A stretch of 64,000 nt of DNA from Polyangiaceae bacterium (GTDB lineage: Bacteria > Myxococcota_A > Polyangia > Polyangiales > Polyangiaceae). The position numbers and the translations under genes are program-made. Below, one piece after another: positions 1 through 9,581 of this stretch; the first letter of the stretch is position 1; each line of letters starts with the position of its first letter. The stretch is from positions 64,001 through 128,000 of the forward strand of contig JBILLK010000009.1 in NCBI GenBank assembly GCA_044376115.1, written 5' to 3'. Below the pieces are notes generated by a model that ran no database searches, had not been told where the DNA came from, and was given only the letters and a program-made list of their open reading frames with translations.

Positions 1-341
1 TGCTCGGCGATCACGGTGCCTGCGGCCGCTGCGTCAAAGCCGCAGACGTCGTTCACGCAGGTGCGGGTACCGCACTCGGTATCGACGCCTGGGCACTCGC
101 TGGCGCTGGTGCATCCACCTGCGCCGCCGCTCCCTCCACTCCCGCCGGCTCCACCATTGCCACTTCCGCCGGTGCCGTTTCCGCCCCCGCCGGCGCTGCT
201 TCCACCGGGCCCGTTGCCGCCAGGACTGGACGCTCCCGAACCGCCTGTTCCCCCTGCACCGCCCTCCACCAGGGTGGAATCGTAGGTGTCACAAGCTACC
301 AACAGCGAAGAGAAGCAAAAGAGTGCCGTGAAAGGCCGCAT
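1..341 (-). CDS. Gly-linker/Cys-rich lipoprotein (partial, runs off window start)
   Basis: Read manually from ATG at 341: MRPFTALFCFSSLLVAC (lipobox LVAC), a long GGxGG linker, then CTSASECPGVDTECGTRTCVNDVC; no stop before base 1. Confidence 0.8.
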   Translation of the reverse strand, partial: MRPFTALFCFSSLLVACDTYDSTLVEGGAGGTGGSGASSPGGNGPGGSSAGGGGNGTGGSGNGGAGGSGGSGGAGGCTSASECPGVDTECGTRTCVNDVCGFDAAAAGTVIAE

Positions 342-398
342 GACAAGGCTATAGCTGACAGGGACAGGGGTCTCAAGGCAGCAGCGTTCGATGCGCGT

Positions 399-428
399 CA
401 CGGCGCGGTGTGACACGGCGCGGTGTGA
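399..428. repeat. 15-bp tandem direct repeat (CACGGCGCGGTGTGA x2)
   Basis: Two exact adjacent copies just past the 3' end of the TPMT gene. Confidence 0.75.
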
Positions 429-433
429 CCTGC

Positions 434-1126
434 TCAGTCGATGTCCCTTACCACCAGCCCAAACACCTTCTCTCGAACAAAGGTTGCGCCTTTCGCGGTG
501 AGGTTGGGCGAGTCGGTGGTGATGTCGGCTTCACGCAGCTTCTCGATGCTGAAGCTCCCTCCGAAGAGCGCCTCCACCTCGGCTTCACTCACCGAATGCG
601 GCGGCGCACTCGTGGCGTCATGTTCCAACGTCTCCAGCAGGATGCGGCCTCCTCGCGTTAGCAACGCGCGCAAGCCCGCCGCATAGCGAACGCGGTCCGC
701 AGGCAAGATCGCCACCAGCGCCGCGCGATCCATGATGCCGTCAACGGCCGCTTGTTCCGGAGCGACGTGCAACATCGAGCGCGCTTGCTCGGCGCTCAGC
801 TCGAACGCGTTGCCTTGGGCGAAGGTGATGTCACCCCCACGGTACACCTCGAACGGTGGCGCATGCTCGACTTCCGGCTTGCGGCTGGCCTCCTCGAAGA
901 ACGCGGTAACCGCCTGTTCCACGAGCTCGCAAGCCAACACGCGGTGCCCGCGCCGTTCGAGAAAAAGCAGGTCCAAGCTCTTGCCGGCGAGCGGTACATA
1001 GAGCCGCTTTCCCGGCTGATCCTGGTCCAGCCAGGATGCAAACGTGACCAGGTTCGGGTTCACCTCGGTGCGGTGAAAACCGATTTGTCCGGCCTGCCAC
1101 CGACCTTGCCAGAAGGCGGGCTCCAT
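434..1126 (-). CDS. tpm: Thiopurine S-methyltransferase family protein
   Basis: FWQGRWQAGQIGFH, VPLAGKSLDL, DRAALVAI and PPHSV motifs of the TPMT family. Confidence 0.88.
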   Translation of the reverse strand: MEPAFWQGRWQAGQIGFHRTEVNPNLVTFASWLDQDQPGKRLYVPLAGKSLDLLFLERRGHRVLACELVEQAVTAFFEEASRKPEVEHAPPFEVYRGGDITFAQGNAFELSAEQARSMLHVAPEQAAVDGIMDRAALVAILPADRVRYAAGLRALLTRGGRILLETLEHDATSAPPHSVSEAEVEALFGGSFSIEKLREADITTDSPNLTAKGATFVREKVFGLVVRDID

Positions 1127-1129
1127 CGC

Positions 1130-1420
1130 TTAGGACTGACCGAACTTGATGCCGCTCACCTGCTCGAAGCGCTCGTGCATCGCCTTCTCCTGCGAGCTCG
1201 TCGCCTCTGTCGCTTGGCTGGGCTGCGCGGACCCGCTGCTGACAGCGCCGCCTCCGGACCAACCGCCTCCCTTGAGAATAAAGCCGGTTCCTGCCGAGAT
1301 CTGACGTCGGGCCTTCGGGGCGTGACACGCGGGGCACTCGGTCAGAGCGTCGTCTTTCATCGACTGAAAGACCTCCCAGTCGTGTGCGCAAGCATCGCAT
1401 TTGTACTCGTAGGTCGGCAC
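1130..1420 (-). CDS. FmdB family zinc-ribbon protein
   Basis: GTG start after GAGGAG; PTYEYKCDAC...CPAC...GFILKGGGW signature. Confidence 0.88.
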   Translation of the reverse strand: MPTYEYKCDACAHDWEVFQSMKDDALTECPACHAPKARRQISAGTGFILKGGGWSGGGAVSSGSAQPSQATEATSSQEKAMHERFEQVSGIKFGQS

Positions 1421-1516
1421 GCTGCTCTCCTCTGACGCATTCGGTTTCGCGTCGCCCGGCGAGTCTACCGTGCCAAGTGGCGCGTCGCCTCGCTGAATCT
1501 TCGAGCAACGACTCGG

Positions 1517-2413
1517 GTGCGTGGCGTCGTCCTTGCCTCGCCGCAGCGACGCGATGAAACTAGCGCCGTGCTCGCCCTGATTGAACGTGTTTCGGATGCA
1601 GCCCTCCGGCTCTCGGGGGCTCGCAGCCTCTACGCGCAAACGAGCGCCGGGCGGGTGCACGCCTACGAGCTGCGTGGCCCGGGTCAAGGTACGGTGGTCA
1701 TGCTGCACGGCATCGGTGCAACAGCGACGGCCTATCTAGCCGTGGCGAGGATGATGAGGCCTTTCGCCGCGCGCATTTTGCTCCCGGAGTTGCCGGGCCA
1801 CGGCCGCAGCGAAACCCCGCCCAAGCTCGACCGCGCGACGCTAGCGAGCGCCGTCCGCGAGGCGCTCGACCACTGGGTCAGTGAAGCGAATCCGGCGATC
1901 TTCCTCGGCTCTTCGCTGGGTGGTGCCACCGCGCTCGGCTACACCTTGGAGAGCCCGTCGCGCGTGCGCGCGTTGGTGCTCGCCTCGCCCGCCGGCGCTC
2001 CGCTCAGTGAAGCCGAACTGAGCGAGCTTCGAACGCGCTTCAACTTGCGTACGCGCGAGGATGCACGGCGCTTCTTTCGTGAACTCTTGCATCGTCCGCC
2101 CGCGGTGTTTCGCTTGCTCGAGCGCGGGTTGGTCGAGCAGTTGGGCTCGGACACGGTGCAAGGCTTCTTGGCCTCGCTGCAAGAGGAGGACTTTTTTCGC
2201 GAGCAGGCGCTGGCCGGCATTCGCTGTCCGATCGTCGTGCTGTGGGGTCAGAGTGACCGCATCCTGCCCCGTTCGAGCCTCGCGTTTCTGCGCGCGTCGC
2301 TCCCCTCGGGCACTTCCTTTGAAGAGCCCGCCAATATCGGTCACAGCCCGCACCTCGAGAATCCTGCTTTGGTGGTCGCCAAGCTGCGCGAGATCCAGCG
2401 CGTGGCGCTGTAG
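1517..2413 (+). CDS. Alpha/beta fold hydrolase
   Basis: LHG, LPGHG, GSSLGG nucleophile elbow, WGQSD and GHSPHLE. Confidence 0.85.
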   Translation: MRGVVLASPQRRDETSAVLALIERVSDAALRLSGARSLYAQTSAGRVHAYELRGPGQGTVVMLHGIGATATAYLAVARMMRPFAARILLPELPGHGRSETPPKLDRATLASAVREALDHWVSEANPAIFLGSSLGGATALGYTLESPSRVRALVLASPAGAPLSEAELSELRTRFNLRTREDARRFFRELLHRPPAVFRLLERGLVEQLGSDTVQGFLASLQEEDFFREQALAGIRCPIVVLWGQSDRILPRSSLAFLRASLPSGTSFEEPANIGHSPHLENPALVVAKLREIQRVAL

Positions 2414-2421
2414 CGTTCTGC

Positions 2422-3351
2422 TCAGGGTGCGCTTTTGCGCTTGAAAAGTCGGGCGCAACGCTCGACCAACGCGTTCGCCTCTGCGTCGCTCAGGTACACC
2501 GCGTAACAGCTGATCATCAGGTACGAGAAGATCGGGATCGTCATCAGGATGTCGATGCTGACGTGGAACACGATCCCTGCGGCGATCAGATAGGGCCGCG
2601 CTCGTTTCCACCAGATCGCCAAGGGAAAGGCGGTTTCGAACAGCAGCGTGCCGTAGGTCATGAGCCACAAAAGCGGCTTCGAGTTCACCTCGATCGGCCA
2701 CTCTGTGAGCAAGGGTGAAGCCAGCACCTCACGCAGCGCCACCCCTTCGCGCCACCGGGCGTAAGCGAGCTTCTCGATCACTGACGCGAGGTAGACCCAC
2801 GCGATCTGCAGCCCAACCAGCCGCTGCCCCCACACCGTGCCGCTGCGCGCAGCGAGCCCGCGCTTGGCGCGCAGCCAACCGTCGAAACTGTAGCGGCTCG
2901 CGAGGGGCATCAGCGTCGCCAGCGCCACCACAATCGCGAACAGTCGATCTCCCGCGTTGAGAATGAACGGGTTCCGATGTTGCAGCGAGATATGCAGGTA
3001 GGCCAGCACCAGCGCGGCGATGCGCGGTTGCAACCCAAGCAGCAGTGCCACCGCAGCGAGGCTGAAGAGCGCCGCAACCAACTGCAGCAGGGCGAAGCTC
3101 TCCGGCGCCCAAGCGAGCACGCTCACGCGAATGAATGGGTCTCGGCTCACAAACTCGAACGGAATCATCCCCGAAGGGCCCCAGTAGCGGTCGAGGTTGA
3201 GCCAGATACCCAGGGACTGCCAGCCAGCGATCAGCCCAAGGAAGACGCGCAACAACGCTGCCGCCGAGCCGTCGGTGGGCGTGAGGAAGAAGCGCGCGAG
3301 GGCGCTTGGTCTCGCGCTGGCTGCGTGCGCTGAAGTCCCGTTTTCGCTCAC
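2422..3351 (-). CDS. HTTM-domain (VKGC/SdpB-like) integral membrane protein
   Basis: Multiple TM segments; LLRVFLG, RNPFILNAGD, RYSFD, QIAWVY..S..K...W..G, FH motifs; GTGA overlap with the upstream stop. Confidence 0.8.
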   Translation of the reverse strand: MSENGTSAHAASARPSALARFFLTPTDGSAAALLRVFLGLIAGWQSLGIWLNLDRYWGPSGMIPFEFVSRDPFIRVSVLAWAPESFALLQLVAALFSLAAVALLLGLQPRIAALVLAYLHISLQHRNPFILNAGDRLFAIVVALATLMPLASRYSFDGWLRAKRGLAARSGTVWGQRLVGLQIAWVYLASVIEKLAYARWREGVALREVLASPLLTEWPIEVNSKPLLWLMTYGTLLFETAFPLAIWWKRARPYLIAAGIVFHVSIDILMTIPIFSYLMISCYAVYLSDAEANALVERCARLFKRKSAP

Positions 3352-3995
3352 GGTTCCTCTTGCGCCTCCGCTGCTATATCGGCGGCACCGAGCGAGGGAT
3401 CGCTGCAGTCGCGTGTGAGCACGACGGTCTGAAACGCCTCACGCTCTACGCTGCCGTCGGGTCGCAACTTGCGCGCATGAACGATGACAGCGCGAACCTC
3501 GACGACGTCGAGCGCGCGGGCCTCTCGACAGGCGTGCATCAGGATGGCCCGTCCGATTCGAAACAGTTGGGGAGGCGAGCTGAGCGTGCTCAGGATCTTA
3601 CGCTGGCGTGCGTCACGCACTCGAGATAGCCACGACTTGTTGGTGGCGTTCGCCGTTTCGAGCGTGATTTCCTCCCCCGAGCGCTTCACGCCCACGATCT
3701 CCACGATCGAGTCTTGGGGCGGCCGAATAAACATTTCCCAGCTGCTGCCCATTCGCAGCCCGCTGGTGTACGGCCGAAACAGCTTCTGCGCAGCTGATCG
3801 CACCACGCGCGGTGCGCTACTACCAACCATGGCGGCCAGGTGAAGTACCGTCGCGCCAATCAGCAGCCAGCGCTTGAGCTTCGCAAGGCCGCTCACGGCT
3901 TCAATCGTCGGCTGAACTCGAGTCCCCACCGCTTCATTCGTCCGGCTCAAGGCGCCCTGGTTGAACCTACAAAAACGAAACAGCCAGGGAATCAA
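3348..3995 (-). CDS. Hypothetical HTTM partner protein (SdpA/DUF5819-like); start uncertain
   Basis: N-terminal hydrophobic helix ending in H, PY....RMGSSWEMF..PP motif, two Cys; translationally coupled to the HTTM gene. Confidence 0.6.
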   Translation of the reverse strand: MIPWLFRFCRFNQGALSRTNEAVGTRVQPTIEAVSGLAKLKRWLLIGATVLHLAAMVGSSAPRVVRSAAQKLFRPYTSGLRMGSSWEMFIRPPQDSIVEIVGVKRSGEEITLETANATNKSWLSRVRDARQRKILSTLSSPPQLFRIGRAILMHACREARALDVVEVRAVIVHARKLRPDGSVEREAFQTVVLTRDCSDPSLGAADIAAEAQEEP

Positions 3996-4057
3996 GATTC
4001 CCTGGCCGATCCAGTTGCGAGACAGAGACCGAACGCTAAGCGCTCAGTCTCGAGTCA

Positions 4058-4354
4058 TCAGCAACCTGCAACACACTCGCCGTAGGTGGCGAGAGCGTCG
4101 AGGTCCTCACCCTTGAGGGCTTCGCAAGAAGCGGACTCGGTGCAGCCAGCAACGCACTGAGCCTGCGTGCCGAGCTCGTCCGTGCACTCCACGGTCTCGC
4201 CGGTCTCGCTGCCGCCGTCGGTGGTCGTGAGACCGCACTCGTCGGCCTTTGCAGCAATGCGGTCTGCAGCGTCATCACAGTCGTTGCCGCAGCCAACGCC
4301 GCCAACAACCAAGCAACCCATCGCGAATGCCATCAATGCCGTCTTCAAGTTCAT
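4058..4354 (-). CDS. Small acidic Cys-rich lipoprotein/secreted peptide
   Basis: GGAG RBS then ATG; MNLKTALMAFAMGCLVVGGVGC signal/lipobox; Cys-, Asp- and Glu-rich mature part with CVAGC twice. Confidence 0.8.
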   Translation of the reverse strand: MNLKTALMAFAMGCLVVGGVGCGNDCDDAADRIAAKADECGLTTTDGGSETGETVECTDELGTQAQCVAGCTESASCEALKGEDLDALATYGECVAGC

Positions 4355-4930
4355 TGTCTCCACCCTTGTGTGTTCTACGGAAAGTAACCGAGTTGTCCGA
4401 GCTGCCCGTTCTACTTCAGGACTCAGGAGTTCTCCCCTGACGTTCCACCCAAGCGGCCTATTCACCGGAAAGTGGACGTTGCAATCAGTCGGCAGAAGTG
4501 AAGTAAAACGTGCTGCTGAGGCGACCTCAGAAGGAGGCCGTGTTGTAACTCGCTATCTCGCGAGGAGCAAGTTTCCACTCCCAGCTCGATGCCGGGCGAA
4601 CGGATATAACGCGCTGCAGCCTCTGTCCAGTTCTTTTTCGGCGTCAGCTCCTTGCCCGTCCGCGCTGCGCGCCCGTTGGCGCTTGCGGCATGGAGTCCGC
4701 CGTTTTGGGAGCACATTTGCGACGGTGGGCTCAGCTTGCCAGGTCCGGTGATGGTTGGTCGGCGGATGAGGTGCCGACACCCAGTTTGAACGCTAGACTC
4801 CCGGCGTGTCGCTTGAATACGGCGGGAAGGAACGAGTCAGCTCATGCCTTGTCTTCGCCATCGAGCGCAAGAGGAGATGATGAATCGCGATGTTGGGACG
4901 AACGAACTCGAAGGTTAGCAGGGCAGCAGC

Positions 4931-7195
4931 ATGAAGCCTGATGGTTGCAATAAGGCCTATAGTTCTCGCTGCGTGCGGCGCTCCTTACGAGTTGCTCCGC
5001 TAGCGCTCTTGCTCGCGTTGGCCTGCGGCTCAAAGACATCGCCTGGCAGCGCCCGTTCGATGGCGACGGCTAGCGAGCTCGCAACCGGCAACGAGCCGGC
5101 GGTCAATCTGCACATTGAAGACGGCCTACCCGAGCTCCCTCGTGACCCGCGCGAAGAAGTCTTGGCCCAAAGCGTGGCGGAGCTCTTGGTCGAGGAGCAC
5201 GTGCGCAACCAAGCCTTGGACGACAAGGTCTCCAAAGAGGCCTTCCCCAAGTTCTTGGAAGAGCTGGACGGCTCGAAGCTGTTCTTGTTGGCCGGACAGG
5301 TCGAGAAGCTCCGCGTCTATGAGATGACCATCGACGACCAACTCAAGAGCGGGGACTTGGTGTTGGCGCGTAAGGGCGCCGCGGTGCTCAAAGAACGAAG
5401 GCAGGTCGTGGCCAAGCTGGTCGCAGAGCTGCTCGCTGCGCCGTTTGACTTCGAGCAGGATGAAGAGGTCGAGACAGACCCGAAGAAGGTCGAGTACGCC
5501 GTCGATGACGCTGCTCAGCGGGAGCGCTGGCGCAAGGTGCTCAAGCTTCAGGTACTCGAGCGCATCGAACAGCTCGAGGAGGTTGAAGCGGCGCTGAAGA
5601 AGCCCGTCGCCGACGGAAAGACGCCGCCGAAGAAGCCCGCCATTCCGATCCCTCCGACGTTCGCGGGGAAAGAGGAACAAGCACGCAAGGAACTCGCGAC
5701 GCGATTCCAAACGCGCTTTGTACGCTCGACCGAAACGCCTGCCTTGGAGCCGCTCGAGCGCCTGCTCAACGCCGTCGCTTCGGTTTACGATCCCCACACC
5801 CAATACCTCGCACCCAGCGAGAAGGAGAACTTCGACATCCACATGAGTGGTTCGCTCGAGGGAATTGGCGCCTCACTGGGCGAAGAAGATCACTACATCG
5901 CCGTGCGCGAGCTGGTGCCTGGGGGAGCCAGCTGGACGCAGGGTAAGCTCGAGGCGGGTGATTTGATCATGGCCGTCGCTCAACAGGGCCAGCCCGCGGT
6001 GGACGTGATCGACATGCCGATCGACAAAGTGGTGCGCATGGTGCGCGGCCCCAAGGGGACTGTCGTCACCCTCACCGTGAAGAAGCCCGACGGTCGCGTC
6101 GAAGACATCTCGATCACCCGCGACGTGGTGCGCATCGAGGCGTCCTACGCACGCGGTGCGACGTTGAAGCTCTCGCCCAAGGAGGCCCCGGTTGGCTACA
6201 TCCACCTGCCGGGGTTCTACGGCGATACCCGCGGATCAAAGGATGATCGTAACGCTGCGGATGACGTACTGCTGCTCGCCGCCGACTTCGAGCGCCAAAA
6301 GGTGGATTCGTTGATCCTCGATTTGCGCGGCAACGGCGGTGGTATTCTCGGAGCGGCTCGCGACATTACAGGCCTCTTCATCGACTCGGGCCCGGTGGTT
6401 CAGACCAGAACCAGCAGCGGACAGAAGGAAGTGCTCTCCGACATCGTCAAGGGCGCGGCCTACTCGGGAAATGTGGTGGTCCTCGTCGACCAGTTCAGCG
6501 CCTCGGCATCGGAGATCGTCGCGGGCGCGCTGCAAGACTACAAACGTGCGGTGATCGTGGGGACCGGCCCGACGCACGGCAAAGGGTCGGTGCAAGCGCT
6601 CGTGGACCTCGACCGCATCCTCAAGCCCGACGCCTCGAGTCCGTTGGGCGTGGTGAAGCTAACGACGCAACAATACTTCCGCGTGACCGGTGACTCGACG
6701 CAATGGCGCGGTGTGACGCCCGACATCCTGTTGCCGGATCCCACCGAGTTCCTCGAGTCGCAGGAGCGCTTCATCGATCACTCGATCCCGTGGAGCCGCA
6801 CCGAGGCGGTCCCGATGGTTTCGGAAAAGCGGGAGGAGAACCTGCCCTTGTTGATCGAGAAGAGCAAGAGCCGCCAGGTTGCTGAACCCGCCTTCTCCAA
6901 GATCGATTTGTTCAACAAGACCATCAAGGCACAACGCGAAGATACGAAGTATTCGCTCAAGCTCGCGACCTGGCGTGCTGAGCGCAAACTGGCGCAAGAC
7001 GCTCTCGATGCTGCTCGCCCCAAGGAGACGGACGAGAAGCCGCGTTTTGAGATCGTATTGTCGCAGCCGCGAGGGCTTCCGCCCGCAACCCCGCCGGGGC
7101 GACCCGACGCGCGCGACAAATGGCGCGAAGACCTCGCTCGCGACGCCTGGGTTCAGGAGACGCTGCGCATCGTTGACGACATGCGCAAGAACTGA
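4931..7195 (+). CDS. prc: Carboxy-terminal processing protease (Prc/Tsp, S41A with PDZ), lipoprotein; start uncertain
   Basis: DPHTQY, GSLEGIGA (PDZ), LDLRGNGGG, SASASEIVAGALQD, THGKG, STQWRGVTPDI. Confidence 0.9.
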   Translation: MKPDGCNKAYSSRCVRRSLRVAPLALLLALACGSKTSPGSARSMATASELATGNEPAVNLHIEDGLPELPRDPREEVLAQSVAELLVEEHVRNQALDDKVSKEAFPKFLEELDGSKLFLLAGQVEKLRVYEMTIDDQLKSGDLVLARKGAAVLKERRQVVAKLVAELLAAPFDFEQDEEVETDPKKVEYAVDDAAQRERWRKVLKLQVLERIEQLEEVEAALKKPVADGKTPPKKPAIPIPPTFAGKEEQARKELATRFQTRFVRSTETPALEPLERLLNAVASVYDPHTQYLAPSEKENFDIHMSGSLEGIGASLGEEDHYIAVRELVPGGASWTQGKLEAGDLIMAVAQQGQPAVDVIDMPIDKVVRMVRGPKGTVVTLTVKKPDGRVEDISITRDVVRIEASYARGATLKLSPKEAPVGYIHLPGFYGDTRGSKDDRNAADDVLLLAADFERQKVDSLILDLRGNGGGILGAARDITGLFIDSGPVVQTRTSSGQKEVLSDIVKGAAYSGNVVVLVDQFSASASEIVAGALQDYKRAVIVGTGPTHGKGSVQALVDLDRILKPDASSPLGVVKLTTQQYFRVTGDSTQWRGVTPDILLPDPTEFLESQERFIDHSIPWSRTEAVPMVSEKREENLPLLIEKSKSRQVAEPAFSKIDLFNKTIKAQREDTKYSLKLATWRAERKLAQDALDAARPKETDEKPRFEIVLSQPRGLPPATPPGRPDARDKWREDLARDAWVQETLRIVDDMRKN

Positions 7196-7203
7196 GGCCG
7201 CGA

Positions 7204-7264
7204 ACAAAAAAACAAAGCGCCTGCTCGACGGTTTGGGGGGGCAATACCGTCACAGGCGCTTCTG
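7204..7264 (-). ncRNA. Candidate hairpin small RNA and/or intrinsic terminator
   Basis: Minus strand AAGCGCCTG-TGACGGT-ATTGCCCCCCCAA-ACCGTCG-AG-CAGGCGCTT followed by TGTTTTTTT; sigma54 box about 12 nt upstream. Confidence 0.5.
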
Positions 7265-7273
7265 TTATCGCCT

Positions 7274-7290
7274 AAGCAGCTCTTGTGCCA
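7274..7290 (-). promoter_or_regulatory. Putative sigma54 (-24/-12) promoter
   Basis: Minus strand TGGCACAAGAGCTGCTT, exact GG-N10-GC spacing with TGGCAC. Confidence 0.6.
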
Positions 7291-7381
7291 CCTGCTTCGG
7301 GCGAAGGTTTGAGCCAAAAGCAGGTGCTCGTCCCCCGATGTCCGTTTCAAACCTGCAATCGCGTTTGCAGCCTTGAAGCGT

Positions 7382-9073
7382 CTAACGAAACTTGATCACC
7401 AGCGTTGGCGGTTTGACTCCCAACTCGTCGTAGTAGTCGACCCCGTCGTTGGAGGCCGGGAGCACACCCAGATAGAGGCTCGTGTTGGGCCGTAGCTTGC
7501 CGGGTGGAACCGTCAGTTGAACCTTTGCTCCGGCGGCTATGGGACCGAAGCTTGGCGCGAGGTTGGTGCCCATCCGCGCCGGACTGCGAATTGTCGTGGT
7601 CGAGGAATCGAACGGTTCAACCTCCCAAAGCTCACCGCTTTGCGGCGATTTCGCCTCATCGAAGTCAGCAACGTTGAGCTCCATGTATGCGCTCTCGATC
7701 ACGCGCCCAGCCAACTGTTGGTCGAGGTCAAATCGGAGATAGGCCGCCCGGGGTCCGAGCGAGGTGTTTGAGGTGCCTGCAGCTGGCCGAAAATCTGCGT
7801 CGACGGTCATCGTGTGTCGATCGTCGCAACCCCGAGGATCGGGTTCCACGGGGTTGAGGCATTCGGCGTAGACCGGTGCGTACACCAGCGTGCCGACGCC
7901 AAAGGTCGTCGGTTCCCGGTTCCGTTTCCACGCAAGGTAGCCAAAAAAGAAGAGCCCGCTGGCCATGACCACCAAGATGGCCGCGAACCAAGGCACGAGA
8001 TTGCGATCGCTGGTGTGACTGGCCGCGCTCGGCGGGGCCGCCGTCTCAGCTCGCGGACGCAGGCCCAACGAACCCGAGCGGGAGGACCTAGGCGCAGACT
8101 CGAGGGCGCTCAGGGCGCGGCGAGGCTCCGACCTAGGCCCGCTGTACGCGCTGCTGCGTGGGCCGGCACCTGAATCGCCGATCGCGACGGGAGGCACGCT
8201 CACATACGGGGAGCGCCTCGAGGACTGAGGCCCAGGGTTGGTGACGGTTTTCGCCACGTTTTGGAACGCGTTTGCGAAGTCCTCCGCTGTTTGAAATCGG
8301 TCGTGCGGCTCGCGCGCCAACGCCTTCTCGATAAAGCCTTCTGCTTCGATTGGAAGGTTGGGGTTCAGCGCTCGGACGCTCGGTACTGGATCGATGCAAA
8401 TGCGGACCAGGATGTCCCCGCTGTTTTGCCCATCGAAGGGAAGTCGGCCGGTCAAGGCGCGAAACACGGTGACCCCAAGCGACCACAGGTCCGAACGATG
8501 ATCGATATCGCGATTGCCTCGCACCTGTTCGGGACTCATGTACAGCGGCGTCCCGATCACGTCCCCTGTTTGCGTGACGTTCTTGCCGTCTTTGCCCATG
8601 ACTTTGACGATGCCAAAGTCGATCAGTTTGGCGACCTCTTCACCCTCTTCCTGCGCGAGAAAGATGTTCGCCGGTTTGAGGTCTCGATGAACCAACCCCG
8701 CGGCATGAGCGCGCAGCAAGCCGCGGCAAATCTGATCGACGAAGGGCGCAAGTGCCATCGGGGTCATGCGCCCAACCCGCCGAAGTCGCTGCTCGAGGTC
8801 CTCTCCTTCGAGCACCTCCATCACGTGAAAAGGAGTGCCGTTGTGCACACCGAAGTCGAGGATGGAAACGATGTTGCGACTCTTCAACGCCGCTAGAGCT
8901 TTGGCTTCGCGGGCGAATCGCTCGTGCCCCGAGGCGTTCTCCGCCGTCGCACCATCGAGGATCTTGATGGCGACGTTCTTTCCAAGTCCTAGGCGCTCAG
9001 CGAGCCATACGGACCCCATCCCTCCTTTGCCCAGCTTGCGCAATGACTTGTAGCGAAGAGCAAAGACTTCCAC
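7382..9073 (-). CDS. Transmembrane Ser/Thr protein kinase with C-terminal extracytoplasmic beta domain (DNRLRE-like)
   Basis: GKGGMG, VAIK, HRDLKPAN, DFG, GTPLYMSPE; TM helix; AYLRFDL...PPTLVI tail; GTG start after GGGGAG. Confidence 0.88.
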   Translation of the reverse strand: MEVFALRYKSLRKLGKGGMGSVWLAERLGLGKNVAIKILDGATAENASGHERFAREAKALAALKSRNIVSILDFGVHNGTPFHVMEVLEGEDLEQRLRRVGRMTPMALAPFVDQICRGLLRAHAAGLVHRDLKPANIFLAQEEGEEVAKLIDFGIVKVMGKDGKNVTQTGDVIGTPLYMSPEQVRGNRDIDHRSDLWSLGVTVFRALTGRLPFDGQNSGDILVRICIDPVPSVRALNPNLPIEAEGFIEKALAREPHDRFQTAEDFANAFQNVAKTVTNPGPQSSRRSPYVSVPPVAIGDSGAGPRSSAYSGPRSEPRRALSALESAPRSSRSGSLGLRPRAETAAPPSAASHTSDRNLVPWFAAILVVMASGLFFFGYLAWKRNREPTTFGVGTLVYAPVYAECLNPVEPDPRGCDDRHTMTVDADFRPAAGTSNTSLGPRAAYLRFDLDQQLAGRVIESAYMELNVADFDEAKSPQSGELWEVEPFDSSTTTIRSPARMGTNLAPSFGPIAAGAKVQLTVPPGKLRPNTSLYLGVLPASNDGVDYYDELGVKPPTLVIKFR

Positions 9074-9166
9074 GTCTCCCCAAAGTAGCGGAAGCCGCGA
9101 ACGTCGAGACTGGTTTCTTGGCGCTGCTTCGTCGACTTGGGCGACGTGGCCGCATAAAGTGTGCGC

Positions 9167-9571
9167 ATGGCCGCCATCTCCGGTTGGATCGCTGTCGCGG
9201 TGGCATTGCTCGCGGCGCTGGTGCCTTTGGCCTTTCGGCTTCGTGCGAAGCAGCGCGCGGATCTGGGGAGCAGCAGCGTCCAACGCCACGTCTTACTCGG
9301 GATGAGCGCGTTGTTCGTTGGTGCGGCCCATCCACTTACGGCTCTCTTCCAACTAGGCTCGCCGTCAGCGATTGGTGGCGGGGTGTTTGGCCTAGCGTTG
9401 GGCGGGCTAGCCTTCGTGATCTTGATTTCTCACTCCGGGCTCGGCCTCAAGTTGCGTGACCCAAAGCTGCGAGGCCGGCCGAAATCGCGTCGTGCGCACG
9501 TGATCACCGCGAGCCTTCTCTGCGTGTCGGCGCTGGCTCATGCGCTGGCGTGTCGTTTTGGCGCGGACTGA
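9167..9571 (+). CDS. Hypothetical 4-TM membrane protein with His-bearing helices
   Basis: Four hydrophobic helices; RHVLLG...AAH and RAH...LAH pairs resemble heme-b-binding TM segments. Confidence 0.65.
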   Translation: MAAISGWIAVAVALLAALVPLAFRLRAKQRADLGSSSVQRHVLLGMSALFVGAAHPLTALFQLGSPSAIGGGVFGLALGGLAFVILISHSGLGLKLRDPKLRGRPKSRRAHVITASLLCVSALAHALACRFGAD

Positions 9572-9581
9572 GAGCTGAAGC

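Noticed and set aside
399..428. Short direct repeats as a possible CRISPR or iteron array (also 10620-10790)
   Set aside because: Only two adjacent copies without spacers, or coding Gly/Arg repeats; no cas genes.
4355..4930. Long intergenic region with short ORFs
   Set aside because: No convincing coding signal, RNA structure or correctly spaced sigma54 box; probably a divergent promoter region.
9074..9289. N-terminal extension of the kinase ORF (also 58766-59071 for the other kinase)
   Set aside because: Overlaps neighbouring genes; downstream starts fit better.
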